From: Squalus acanthias
Taxonomy: Eukaryota
Direction of reading: 5' to 3'
Assembly: GCA_030390025.1 (NCBI GenBank)
Contig: JASTWF010000031.1
Coordinates: forward strand, 3,224,001 to 3,288,000
Length of the DNA: 64,000 nt
The notes under the pieces are model-generated. The model made no database searches. It was given only the letters and a program-made list of their open reading frames with translations, and had not been told where the DNA came from. Shown here piece by piece: positions 50,191-63,343 of this stretch. The translations under genes were made by a program, and so were the position numbers. Every line of letters begins with the position of its first letter. Position 1 is the stretch's first letter.

Positions 50191-51695
50191 TCCACTTAGT
50201 TGCATGTTTTAAAAGGTTCATAAGTTGGAAAGCTGTGAGCTCCCGCTCACAAACACATGCTGACATTCATTCATCATTTTTATTTTTGATACCTGATCCT
50301 GAATTGTATTTCACATTAGCTGGTCATTCATCCAGTTGCTGTTTGTGGGATCTTGCTGTGCAGAGATTGCCTGCACAACAGTCACTGCACTTCAAAGTAA
50401 TTCACTGTATGCAAAGCAATTTGGGAGGTTTCTGAGAGGCAGGATAAAACGCTATATAAGTGCAAGTCTTTCTTTCAAATGTGTTTACGTAATGCTCTCA
50501 GGTATTTTTTTTCCCTGTTTCTGATGTTAAGTGTTTCGTTTTTTAAATTCTCTTGGCCATGCTTCTGAAATCCAAAGCCCATGAGCCACTGTCGAGCGAT
50601 CGGACATCTATCACTTTTGCTGAGTTGCTGAACATTTCTGTCAAAGATTTCTTTAATTACACTTTCCGACATTAAATATCTCATATGATGATACAGATGC
50701 AGTTTGAAAAGCACAGAGGAGATCCAGTGCTCAAAGAGTTAATGCAATCTTTCGTTACCTTTGCTTGAGTTAGAGTAATGTATTTTCACTGTGATACATG
50801 AAGCAGTACAGACACTTTTATCATTAGACACAGTACAGACACTCTGTCATTTGTGCTTATCAGTGCTCTGAGAACAGAGACAGAATGTTTTTACAGAAAG
50901 TCACAGACTTGATCTGTTTTTCAAACATGATAGTGACAAGCAAATTAACCATCTTGTGATGCTGTCGGGTTTAACTGTATGTCATAATATGTCACAGTGG
51001 ATTGGAAAGTATTCCACATGTGTGGTCAGTCTTATTGTAAACTGCCAGGCAAGTGGAAGATTTTCTATTATTGGCCCTGTTTAGAAAATGGAAACCCTGT
51101 TAACAAGGGTATACTGAGACCAATTTACCTCATCATTGATAATATGTAATATAATATATTAAAATTGCATTTTAGGAAAACTCCTTAATATCCAATTGTA
51201 AAGATCACAGTTGATTCAATGTTCTGCCACCAGCCTGAGTTGTATTATGCACAATGTTGTTTCTAGGGTAACAACTTAAATGTTTCTTTGTTGCCATAAC
51301 TTTTAAGAGAATACACTGATTCTAGTTTCTTCATATTGGCTTGGCTCAGGTTTCTGGCCTGGTTTTCACTCATCCCTAGCCTCTACAGTAGCCTTGCCAC
51401 CATGTTCAGTACATATATTCCTGTGAGTACTGGAAGACCCTAACATGGGGTAGAACACCAGCCTTTTTTCAATCACTTGCCATTGACAAGAATAATGTTC
51501 ATGAGAACATAAAGAAAACATAGATAACGTTTCATTAAATTGAAACATTACGTTTTAATAAGCACCTTAAAACACTGCATGAAGCAGCTACTGTATCAAC
51601 TTTATTACACTTAAGACTCTCAACTGAAATATTAAAGTTATAATATAGCATATTTAATCCATTGACTTTTGATTCCATATACAATTTTTTTTTTA

Positions 51696-52170
51696 CATAG
51701 AATTTACAGCACAGAAACAGGACATTCGGCCCAACTGGTCTATACCAGTGTTTATGCCCCACACGAGGCTCCTCCCACCCTACTTCATCTAACCCTATCA
51801 GCACACCCTTCTATTCCTTTCTCCCTCGTGTACTTATCTCGCTTCCTCGCAAATGCATCTGCCTCAACTACTCCACGTGGTAGCAAGTTCCACATTCTAA
51901 CCACTCTCTGGGTAAAGAGGCTTCTCCTGAATTCCTTATTGGATTTATTAGTGACTATCTTATATTTATGACCCCTAGTTTTGATCTGTTTCACAAATGG
52001 AAACATCTTCTCTATGTCTACCCTATCAAGCCCCTTCATAATTTTGAAGACCTCTATTAGGTCACACCTCAGCCTTCTCTTTTCTGGAGAAAAGAGTCAC
52101 AGCTTGTTCATTCTTTCCTGATAGTTACAACCTCTCAGTTCTGGTATCATTCCTGTAAATCTTTTTTTGC
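51696..52170 (-). mobile_element. CR1 LINE 3' end
   Basis: ORF 51785-52039(-) MKGLDRVD...TRGHKYKI...FTQRVVRMWNLLP. Confidence 0.92.
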
Positions 52171-53438
52171 ATTTTTTGGAACATTTTTAGTAATAAAGAT
52201 TGAACGATTATACAAGGTCCAGTCAACTATAACTCTCATTTGTATTTAGTGATTTTTTTTTCTTGTTAACTGAATGATTTTTTGACTTTGATTTTAATTT
52301 TAAACTTTTTGATAACAACATAAGCTATGACCTGAGAGAGGTTACTCATGCAACTTTGTAGCAAAATGTAGCAGAAATTAGAAATCAAAACTGAAATCTT
52401 AGGTAGATTAAAGGAGCACTGCATTCATAAAAAGGCTTGCGTGGAGAGAAAGTGCTGTGGAACAAACAGCTATTCACCCTTTATTCATTTACTGCACATA
52501 TTTTAAAGGAGCACTGCTTTCATATAAATGTATTTATCAAGGCTTTCTTTCTGTTGGTTGGGGAGAGAGAAGAGCTAATTGTCACTTTCATTCTGATAAC
52601 GTCCCGCACAATGACGTGATGATGACGGTGTTATGTGTTTGCAAACAAATGAAATTTGATAAGACAATTTTAATGAAGACAGTGCCTCTTTAATATAGTA
52701 ACTGATTGATTCATTAATTGGTCTTTGTGTGCAGAAGAGGAACTGATTGAGTCATAACCCTGGAAGCATTGTGTTACAACAAATCAACTGGAACTTGGTC
52801 AGATCAGCTAAGGACATTAAGATAGTAAGAGCAATAGACACAGCAAAAGATTTAGATCAGTTATGAAATTGGGCAGAGACAAATTAAATTTAACACTGCA
52901 AAGGGATTGCGAAAAATATGGAACATCACATAAGTGTATAATGAAGAATTAAATGATCACAAAGAGACTTGGGCTGCTTTATTTCAGGTTCCACGAAGCC
53001 ATGTCTGTGAGATGGCTCTCGGTGTTTACATTACTAAATCCAACTTTCTTATCCTGGCAACTGACTCATCTGGATCTACAAGTCAAATACAGGAATGAGG
53101 GAACCAGCTCATGGGCACTGGTCTCTTGGAATATGAATAAAAGCAGCGCCACTATAAAAACAGCTTGGTTGTTTTCTTCTGTCCTTGAACCTGCTGAGAG
53201 CACCTGTTTATGATGTTGTCTTTGGTACACAGCTTGTCCTCTCTCTCCCACCATGCCTTGTTGCACCGAGTATGACTGTCACTCTTGTGTCATTTTGCTT
53301 GGCATTCCTCAAGTTGGTTGGCCCTCAGCGATCTTACATTGCAGGTAAGCAAAGTGCTATGAACCCCCCTTAAATCTGTAAACAGATCTGATTAGTGTGA
53401 AACTAGTTCTTTGAATACAATTTTTTTTAACATCTTTA

Positions 53439-54208
53439 GAGGGAAAAATTCGGTTGGTTAGCGCCTCCAGGGGGCGCTAACGGGGCGCTAGGAACTTCGC
53501 GCCCGAGCGCAGCCATTTTAGCACCGCTCGCGAAATTGACCAGTCGTTTTGCGACGGCGCTAAACACTACCGCCACGATCTCCTGCGCCCGTAGATCGTG
53601 ACATCAGTCAAGTGTGCAACGCCCCAGTAGTGCCCCGGACCGGATATTGAGTTGCGCCCCCTGCCTTAGCGCCTGCCGCTAGGAACGACAGGTAGAGGGG
53701 AACGTTTTCAAGTTGGGAAGGGGCTGGGGAGCGCTATTTAAAGGCAGGCGCTTTCTGCCTTTTCTTGTCGGCAAAATTTTTGGTTTTAACGCTGTGCTAA
53801 GGAGTTTTGGCCCTCAGTACCTCTTTTGAGGTTCTTAAGCGCTGAGCTCTTTCCATGGGCCTATCCATTAGTGCTTCCAACACAATTGCTTTTGAGGTCT
53901 CTCCAGGCCGAGATTCAAGGCTGCAATGAGCAGGGTGTGGCTGGCCAGCAAGATGGCCCCTCCCCTTTAAGAACTGGACAGAACCAGTGTGTCTGGCTTC
54001 CATGGTAATTGGCGTCGCCTGAGCTTTGGTAGCGTTCTGAGGTTTGTGCCTTAAGAGAGGTGTGTAGCGCCTGATTTAGCGCTCAAATCACCTCCGGGGG
54101 CGATAGAGGCGAATTTTGCAGTCGGAGATGATAATTAGCGCCGGGCGCTAAACTTTGCGCCCAGCCGATATTAGCGCCCCAAAATGGGTGATACCGAATT
54201 TTTCCCCC
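53439..54208. mobile_element. Family A-related MITE with TTA target-site duplication
   Basis: TIR GAGGGAAAAATTCGG...CCGAATTTTTCCCCC (14/15 match), TTA on both sides, many TAGCGC(C) subterminal motifs. Confidence 0.85.
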
Positions 54209-56839
54209 TTAATCTTCAACAGAAACAAGACAGGATGATACTGAATTCTTCTTCTTGAAATCATAGATGGGTGGGTGGGAAGGTAAAGAAAAGAGAGAAC
54301 ACTCTATACTGAAAATTCTCTGCACAGTATTCTCCTTTAACTTGGAATTAATGCTGTGGAAGTGGAAGTCACATACAATTTGAATCCAAGAGGGGCAGCA
54401 GTTTCTCACCTTATTTTTTTCTTGGCTATCTTAAATCTCTAATCTGCTTATTTTGCTGTAAGTTTCAAATTAATTATTTACTTTTTCATCTATTGAATTT
54501 ATATAATCCTTCAGTATACAAATGAGTTCCTGAGTTCCCTATGCTGTCTTGAGTATCCTAGTAACATTCTTTCACTGGTAGATTGGGCACCATCATAAAG
54601 TCTCTACTTATTTTGGTATCAAACATGCACGGGTTAAAATTTACAGTAGCCCAGGTAGTAAAATGTGACTCAGGCTATTTATTTTCTAATATTGGCAACC
54701 CAGCTGACTACTTACCTTTTCCTTTTGGAAATGCTAACTTTGAAAAGCAAATGCAGTCAACATGGTTAACAATCGTGCTGAACTTCATCATGCATTTAGC
54801 ACAATAGCCATTGTCTATAGAAATACAGCTTCCAAGTGCAAAAATCAAATTAACCCTTAGGATATTTAGGCTGCACCAAATGTGATGTGCAGGTAGACTA
54901 GCATTTAAAAGAATAATTACTTACCCATGAAATATCTCACCAAATAATGCTTAAACAATAAACAAGGAACATTTGGGCACATCTGAATCTTTCAGCTTCT
55001 AAACTGCAGCAAAGGTAGGGCCAGAAAAATACTTCATCTTGTAAGTCAGGGACAAAAGCATCAGTCTAGGATTTTACCATCCAAGTTTAAGACGCCAGTA
55101 CTGACAGGAGGTCCTGTCATTATCATCTGTTTGTGCAGCTTCCTGATAACACCAGTGCCTTGCAGTAGAGTGACCAAACTAACGCATGGGAAGTTCTTCA
55201 CAAATGTCCAATTTTTAAAACTGGTATAAGTCAGTGAATCAGCTAGATTTTTGGTAGGGGTTTGAGATTTACTTAACAGAGATTTATTGAGAACAGTCAG
55301 CTGGAATGAAGACTGATCCTATTAGAGAATGTTATACATTTCCGCTGAATAAAAAGCAGAGGAAAGATCTGATTGCTGGTCCAGTAACACAGCCGGGCTA
55401 TTATACCCAAAGTGAATAGCGTACTAACCTGAAATTGATTCTGTCACACTCAGCTGACCAGCTTTAAATACACAACTTGGCTGATATAGCAGGAGGGGGA
55501 AAGTTTCCATTTTTTAGCTAATTATAACAAAATTATAAACATGTAGAAAGAACACATTTACAATTTCACTATAAAGACCAAACACTGGAAGTCTCTCTGC
55601 TAACCAGTAATACATGAGATGGTGTGTGTATGTATCAGGGCTTTACTATACCAGTCCCTGGTTTGGCAAAAGGTGATATCCCTATATAGATGCACTTTGG
55701 AGTTTATTGTTGCCATTCGATCCCGTAATGAATATCGACCATTTTTCAGATCTCTTGTGATGTTGCTCATGGTAATCCAGGTGATATGCAGTTTTTTTAA
55801 GGGCAGGAGAGCCATGTCATGTAATTCACAATGTATTAATCTGCTCAAGTGGAGCAATGTCTTTTTAAGCCCACAATGTCTAGTTGTTGTTAAGTAAATC
55901 AGGCATTTAATTGTTGTTTAATTAAATAAATTTGCAGATTGGGATGTACTTGTTAATTTCACACTGCAGCTCAGAAGCAGTCAACACCTTCAGATTGATT
56001 TGCACCTGTAACAAAGTGTGGCACTGATATATAATTGTTAATATCTTATATAGATTGCTTAAATAAAATAAATGCATTCTGATGAAATGCCAGCAAATAG
56101 AGAACAGGCATGGAATAACAGTTTACGTAACAGTCTATAAAATCCTTATGCAGAGGCACAAGAAACACAATGCAAATCCTAAAATCAACACTCTAAGTAT
56201 ACTGTGACTTATTACAGTGCTGCAATAGCCAATCACAGGGTTCTTATTGATCCCACAGTGACCTAATCTCTAAAGAGGGAAATCCTGTGTTCTGTTCCTG
56301 CTGCTCAGATACCTTCAGTGTCCTGACATGATTGTATCAGCACGGCTATGGGTTCAATCACCAGTGCAAATATAGTAACTGAGATAGTGGGAACCACTGG
56401 TGGCTCCATTTACACAGAACAAAGTCTGGCAATTACATTCCATTAGTAATCACAGTGTCTCTTGAATCCTCATAAAGTGTTCTTACAGCGTGGGAAGTTG
56501 TCCCCGAAAGCTTATGGGCAGAATATGCAAAACCTCACTGTATTCACCAGGTGGACTTTATGTGTCAACAGAAGACATCAGAGCTAGTATCCTTTCGCCA
56601 TCAGCATATTGATGATTATTACTTTATAAGTGAAAATATAACTTATTGCACATTATCTGCTGGTTGGTTTTAATCAACCTTGTTTAAACATGCTTCATTA
56701 ACTTAGACAGTGTAATCACATGCAAGAATAAAATCACTTTTTACACTGCATGATTCATAAATGCTCCTTTCTCAACATAATGTTTACATCTTAAAGAGGC
56801 CTGAAGCTTGAATTAAAAAAGGATTTAATTATCCTCATC

Positions 56840-57366
56840 CTTTCTTCCCAATTCTCCCCCGTTATGGCCCGAAGGTGCTGACTGTTGCTGGTTCAATAGC
56901 CATCAAACCTCCTCCAATGCCTTCCCCAAATGGTCATTCTCCATGTGTGAGCCCCAACAACTAGTGTCAGCAGGTGATTCAGCTGTACAGAGTCTCACAG
57001 CAAAGCCCAATCCTGTCCTCACCCAATGGCCACACATCCAGCAAGGGTCACCTGATTGAGATTAGGGGCTGGCTGATTTTTCCCTTCTGTGCCCAGAAGC
57101 TTTGTGACCAACTGTAGCTTCCCAACTCTGATTCTGTTTAGAAAAGAAAGAATATAGAAGCTACAGGGAAGGGATAGGGAAATGGTATTAGAGCAGATAG
57201 CTCCAGTTGAAGAGCGGGCACTGATGCGGGCCTGATAGTTCTGTGCAGTAATTCTATAATTCTGGCTATTGCCCCAGCTGAGATCAGAAGACACATATCA
57301 AACCTGGGACCCTTTGCTTTGTGCTCCAGCAAGCAGTGCCATTACCCATTAAGGCCTTCAGGGGAG
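56840..57366 (-). mobile_element. LF-SINE-like element interrupted by a CR1 3' tail (about 57140-57262, +)
   Basis: 'tggtcattctccatgtgtgagcc', 'cccaatcctgtcctcaccc', 'ctggctgatttttcc', 'gctgagatcag...aacctgggacc'. Confidence 0.78.
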
Positions 57367-57442
57367 CTTTAATGTATATTCCAATGTATGGATGTTATCT
57401 GCTGAGTGATAATTAACAAACCTGTATTCAGCATATTTCATT

Positions 57443-58217
57443 GGCCCGGATTTTGTGGTCAGCGGCGAACGAACGGCGCCAGCTGTTCATTACACTTACA
57501 CTTGTCCACAGACTTTCTGTGGGCTTTTGCACTGCAACTTGCAGTTATTAGAGAGTCAAAACAGTGCGGCGCCCTCTCCAGGGGATCTGAGACCTGTGTG
57601 AACAGCATGTCTCTTTAACCAATCAGATTGAAGAATCCTTACGCAGAGTCTAAATCAGGAAGTGTAAGTTAGAAAATTTAATTCGATGCCAAATCATATG
57701 CAGAAAGCAAAATAAAGAGAGGGAAAGAAAGATGGGACTAAGAGAGAGAGAGAGATAAAAGAGATAGAAAGAAAAAGTTAAAAAAAAATTATTTTAATTT
57801 TTAATTTTTTTTAAAATCTCCAATTATAATTAAAATCTGAAGGAATGAGACTCCACACTTGTAAAAGTACATTTTCAGTGCCAGAGAGGTTGTTTGGAAG
57901 TAATTAAGACTTACCGCACCAGTAAAAATTCACTTACACTTGAATGGACAAGCCCTAACTTTTTCTGGCATGCTTAGTGGGCATCTATTGGATAAGTTCT
58001 GCAAATTCACGCCCTGCCATGTATGTGAATGCTAAGTCTCTCAGTGAGATACTGTTTGAGTGAAGCTTCTGGAGGAGCAGGGCAACTCGGACAGCAACCT
58101 CATGATTTCTGCTTTTAACTGCGCATGTGCGGACACCAGAAATTGCTGTTCGATTTCCTCCTTAATAAGAGTGAGTGCTGAGAGCCTCACCGTTATTCTT
58201 ACTGCAAAATCCAGGCC
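57443..58217. mobile_element. Third MITE family (family C) with TIRs resembling family B
   Basis: GGCCCGGATTTTG...CAAAATCCAGGCC (12/13 match), flanks ATT/ATG, central GA- and AT-rich region. Confidence 0.72.
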
Positions 58218-61200
58218 ATGAATTTAGAAGGCACACCATTCAGTCACATGTAAACAATACAATCAATTTGTACAATGCGTGATTCGCAGAGTACACATAT
58301 TAAAAGTAATATTTACTTTCTTAAAGGCATCTGAAGCTTAAATTCAAAAAGATTTACATTTACTCTCACCCCTCCAGAGGACACTTATTTCAAAAAATAA
58401 TAGAATTGCTAAAAGACCTCGAGTACCGCTCCTTCAACCCAACTCGTCTTGTCTCTCTCTGTCCTGTCTCTGAGTCAACTGGAATGGCAGATGCAAATAT
58501 GAATGTGACCCTGTCACATATATGTGTAACATTGGCTGCCTGAGCAATGGTTGCCAACTGAGATGGTGTGATCCCACAGGCATCAGGTACTGTTTGGTAC
58601 CTTCCACAACTGCCTATACTTCATGTGTATATGTAGGGGGTAATTTCCCCAGTGTGGTAAATTATGGGTCCATTGAAATCGTAGGGTCCATTTCCCCATC
58701 ATGAGCATGTGTTTAAAAAATTACCTTCATAGTGCACTGGCTAGCCCACTATCCTTATGCCTAATTTTAAAAATAAAAATTTGTACTTGAAGGCCATTTC
58801 TTAATGTGAGATCTTAATTTTAATGGTTCTAACATCAACAATCACAAATCAAGACTTGTTTCGTTGTTACTAAAAATACTTATAGCATACAATCTGCCTT
58901 TAATACAGTCAGTACCCCTGACTCCACTTTCACTCTGAATATACTCTATCGCTATCCTGGTGCATATTGGAGAAGCTATTTCAAACTCCTACAGAATCTG
59001 AGGCAAAATACATGAAAAATTCAGTGTGTCAAATAACCTATATGGATCAAGGTCAGTAACGGAGGTATTTCATTTCAACTAAAAGCACAACCTATGGTGT
59101 CAGTTTTTTTTTTCTTATTAATGCAAAATCAAACTACTTTGGAAGAAATATTTTATTCAACAAGTCGGATCACTTTCACGTGAAGAGTGACTTTAGATTA
59201 ACTTTGGGGAACTCCATCTGTGCTGTTATATGCTTCAGTAATAATGTGGCTTCTTCAATAATAAATAGGCATACTTTGGGGTAGTAACAGGTTTCAGGAA
59301 TGGATGGAAAGAAAGTAGATATTTCACTGGAGTTTAAAGTGGTTGCCAGGAGTCTGGAGACATCTCCGACTCACACAGCAGTAACCGAGTTGTCAGCACC
59401 CTGGGTCAGTGCCATTGTACATGGAGTTCACAGACCACCCGTCTATAATAAGGACATAGTTCAGTCAATGAAGCTGTACTATGAATATACAGATGTTTTG
59501 TGATGCCATATGTAATCGTTTCTCAATTTAAGAAAAAGACTTGCATTTATATAGCGCCTTTCACGACCACCAGACATCTCAAAGCACTTTACAGCCAATG
59601 AAGTACTTTTGAAATGGAGTCACTGTTGTAATGTGACTGAAGGTACAGAGCCTCTTGCCCAGTCAGCTTCCCTGGGAGTGTCCATTATTGTGTGCACCTT
59701 TCATTCCACGTGCTCAGTTTAGTTTCCATACTACCACACTTTACTTTGCTGCTCTTGTCAAATTGTAACAGTCCTCCTGAGAGAACCAGAAATTAACCAT
59801 TGTGTGCACGGTATCCCTAAAGTGTCCCAATGCTCTCTGTCACATTTCAGATCTGTAGAGGTTTCAATAATTGAATATTTATGGTGCCCTTATATCAGAA
59901 TGCTTATATGCATATTGACTGTGTAGTTTTTATTGCATTGTTTTATTTTGTAACTGAGGGTGCATAGTGACTTTATCCCTCCATTTTACACACTTTTATT
60001 CAGTTTAACAGTTGCTTTAACATGACTCAAACCCAGCTAGTACAACCAGACTTCAGACCAACCTGAACAGATAGAGATATACAGCCTGCAGGTGGGTGAC
60101 AGTGTGTGGCTGCAGTCTTCAGTTCAACACTACCCGCAGGCAGGCTGTGTAGGAGGGTCAGGCCGCAGGTGGGAAGAACCATCTAGTGCCAGTATAATCA
60201 ACCTGATATTGTCCAACAGGTGATCAGTGAAATGCAGGAATACTGCACTTCCAGAAATTGTGGTTTTTTAAAAAATTATATGCAGAATAATGAATGCCTG
60301 GAAGTGACTACAAGCCAGTAAAGCTTTCCTCCCCAAAAATAAAATTTCAAAAAAGAATAAGTGTTTTTACCTTACAACCTTTTACCAAACAACTGAACTC
60401 TGACCCCAGCCCACGTTCACATGCATACACACACACACACAAGCGCACATGCAAACAAACTATTAAGAAAGCCCAGCCACAATACTATCATTACATGCTC
60501 CAATATTCTTTCTGAAGTAAATACTACAAGAGCTGTGGGCAGTCGAACAGAAAGGTTTGCACCATAAGAGATTGTTCAATGACTGACATTCCATACCCAA
60601 TCTTAACCAACTGTGACTGATCCAATAGACATACAGCAGGCATGACACTAATAGCTGAGCGGCAATCCGAATTTATTAAGTTGCTTTTTATTATTAGCCT
60701 GAACCATCCATATAGAACTAGTTACACTAAGAAAAAATAATTTCTCTATGAAACGCTGTTGTATTTTTGCCGGAGGCAAGGTCTGTTCAAACTGTTCCAT
60801 AGCTGCAACTGTCCAGGGAGTACACTCCAAAATATCCGTTTTCAAGCAGAAAGTTAGAGACATACAGCAAGTGGTGGTCCAAAAAAAGGCACTTAATTAC
60901 TAACAATGTTGGAACAGAATTGCACCAAGGTCACCTACATAGAATTTAGGTGGTGTTAAGCCTTGGCAGTAAGACATCATTTTTGCAACACTCACTCTTA
61001 AATTATAACACGATATGATCCAGCATTCCATTTGATTTCTCTTTCTGGCATTCTTTTATCTTCTTTTCATCATTTCCAGTTTTCATTCAGATAAAATGAA
61101 TCTCAGTTGCAAACTCCATTCTTGGTATCAGTGAAAATGTAGCTTTAGCAGGATTGTGGTGGAGGTCTCTTTGGTGTCAGACTAGTTCCATGCTGCCCCA

Positions 61201-61566
61201 GGGGTAAGGTTTGCCTCCCTTGGAATCTCTACTTGCGGCTGCTTCACTTGAGTTTGTCAGTTTCAGAGCTGGAATGCTGAAGCGAAGGCTGTTGCTACTT
61301 GCCACTGAAGTGTCCTGGAAGCAAAGGATATGTGAGCTGTTGAAGTGGACCGTGAATAGGATTGGGCAAGTCTATGTCATGTTAGAATTGTAATATAAGT
61401 ATCTCACAGTAGTAACATCTTGACCCAAAGCGATTTGGCAGTAAATCTGAATCCTGATAACCTCAGAACTATTTTGCCAAGAAACGTTCTGGGTTTTCCT
61501 TACATGGATCAGGGTGCCTATGAAATGGGGAATTCAGCCAATTGTCATGTCTTTCTAACATAGTGT

Positions 61567-63102
61567 GGGGAGTTTTAACTGCCAAGAATGGGTGGGGTGA
61601 GTGCGAGTGGGAAGGTAAAAAATGTTTAGGGCTGGATTTTCATTGACCCGTGGAGTCGGGTTTGGAGGCGTGTGGGGGGTTAAAGTTGCAGATTCGGGGG
61701 TTAGTGACAATTAACTGCCTGTTAACAGGTAGTTAACAGGCAGTTTTTTGCCTAATCCCTATTTTGAAAGCTGAAATGTGGGCTTCCCGACAGGTCCCAA
61801 CCACGCCAAGTTAGCGAGGCGGACCGTGGGTCTGCAGGGGTTGGATATGTCCGGTGGGCAGGTGAGTGATGGGTGCATGTGTGCAGAGGTAAGTGTGTAA
61901 GGGAAGTGCAAAGTGTGGGGAAAAGTTTTACTTACCTTAACTTCCTCCTGCAGGTGTCAGCCCTTCAGTTCTCGGGAGTCAGAAATCTCACCGGCACAGA
62001 AAGCAGAAAGGCCGTGGTGCTGTCAAAAGTTTCAGCCTCTGTTTTCTGTGCTGGAATGATTTCTAACTCAGCCTGAGAGGAAGGACTCAAGTTAGAAGAC
62101 AAATGGTCAGTGTTTGACAGCTTCACAGAGCTGTCAAACGCTGATATTTCATCTGTCAAAAGCTCTTGACAGATGAAATGTCAATCTGTGACGTCACCTG
62201 TTGCTGGGTGGCCCTTAATTGGCCTGCTGAGCTCACTGGGCGGGCTCAACAAGGTCAATCAAGGGAAAATACAGTGGGTTGGCCACAAGTCGATGGAGGC
62301 GGGTTCACAAGCCAGAATGTGTGATTCCCGACACCAACCCACCCCCAGTATCATAATCCAGACCTTAAAGTCTGAATCCCGACCCCAACCCGTCTACTTC
62401 CGGTTTTAATGGAGGCGGAGGCGGGGGGGGGGGCAGATGATCAACCCGCTCTCAGGAGGCGGGTTGGCCATTAAAATATTTTAAGGAGGTTGTGTGCCTC
62501 CATTTTAACTCATTTTTAAATTTTAACTCATGGAGGCCGGCAGGTAAAAGATGGTGAGCAGGGCCGGATCAACGAGGTAAATACCTTTATTGCACTGCTT
62601 GTGGGCCAGGAGGAACAGGAGGGTTTCCCCCAGTATCAACAAGCTTACCTCCACGCAAGTGGATCCCCGTGATTGGCTGATACACACACCCCAGTGATCG
62701 GCCAACCTCCCCCCCACGATGTCCGAATCCCCCCCCCCACCTGCGATGTTCGAATCCCCCTCCCCCCCTGCGAGGCCAGATTCACCCCCCACTACTGCGA
62801 TGTCCAAATCACCCACGCGATGTCTAATTTACTCTCCCACCCCCCCCGCAATGTCCGAATTACCCCCCCCTTCCGCGACGTTGGACTTACCCATCCGCTC
62901 CCTGACTGATTTCCAGCCTGACAGACAGCCAGCCTGTCAATCTGGCTGGCTGTTGGGCGGGAAACCTGTTCGAAAATTTTTTAAGAGGCCCTGCCATTAA
63001 ATTCAGCAGGGTGTGCGGGAAACCCATACGTCCGGGTTTCGTGGCTGAATATCCTCCCCACACCCCCACTCTCTTCCCAGCTCCGAGTAAATATTAGGGC
63101 CA
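61567..63102. mobile_element. Older GC-rich MITE-like host element containing the nested family B copy
   Basis: GC-rich sequence continues on both sides of the TTA-bounded insert, with internal degenerate ~24-bp repeats (cgatgtccgaatccccccc) at about 62715-62885. Termini are poorly defined. Confidence 0.5.
61629..62364. mobile_element. Family B MITE, inverted relative to 31987-32831, TTA TSD
   Basis: TTA|GGGCTGGATTTT...TAATCCAGACC|TTA. Shares translated stretches with the 31987 copy on the opposite strand (MKCQSVTSPVAGWPLIGLL..., MTDEISAFDSSVKLSNTD...). Lacks about 100 bp (32661-32760 of the other copy). Confidence 0.9.
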
Positions 63103-63343
63103 GTAATTCTAATCATTCATTGAGCAATTCAATTTTAACAAAAATGTAATGTTATAGCAATGATTACACATTGAGAATGTGCTGTCCTCTCCAAAGTGAA
63201 GTTTGGCAGTGAATTAACTATATTAAATATACTGAGCTTTGAAAATTGGATATTTGAGCATTCTTGCCATAATTTTCTGACTGATGTGTCACAGTCACAA
63301 TAAACGCCATTGGCAACTTTGACCAAAGTAGTCTGAGTGGAGT

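Noticed and set aside
1700-50745. Scattered TTAACCC/GGTTAA words (about 1703, 19590, 19975, 33230, 50735) as piggyBac termini
   Set aside because: I could not pair them into elements with extended TIRs, and such words are common in AT-rich DNA.
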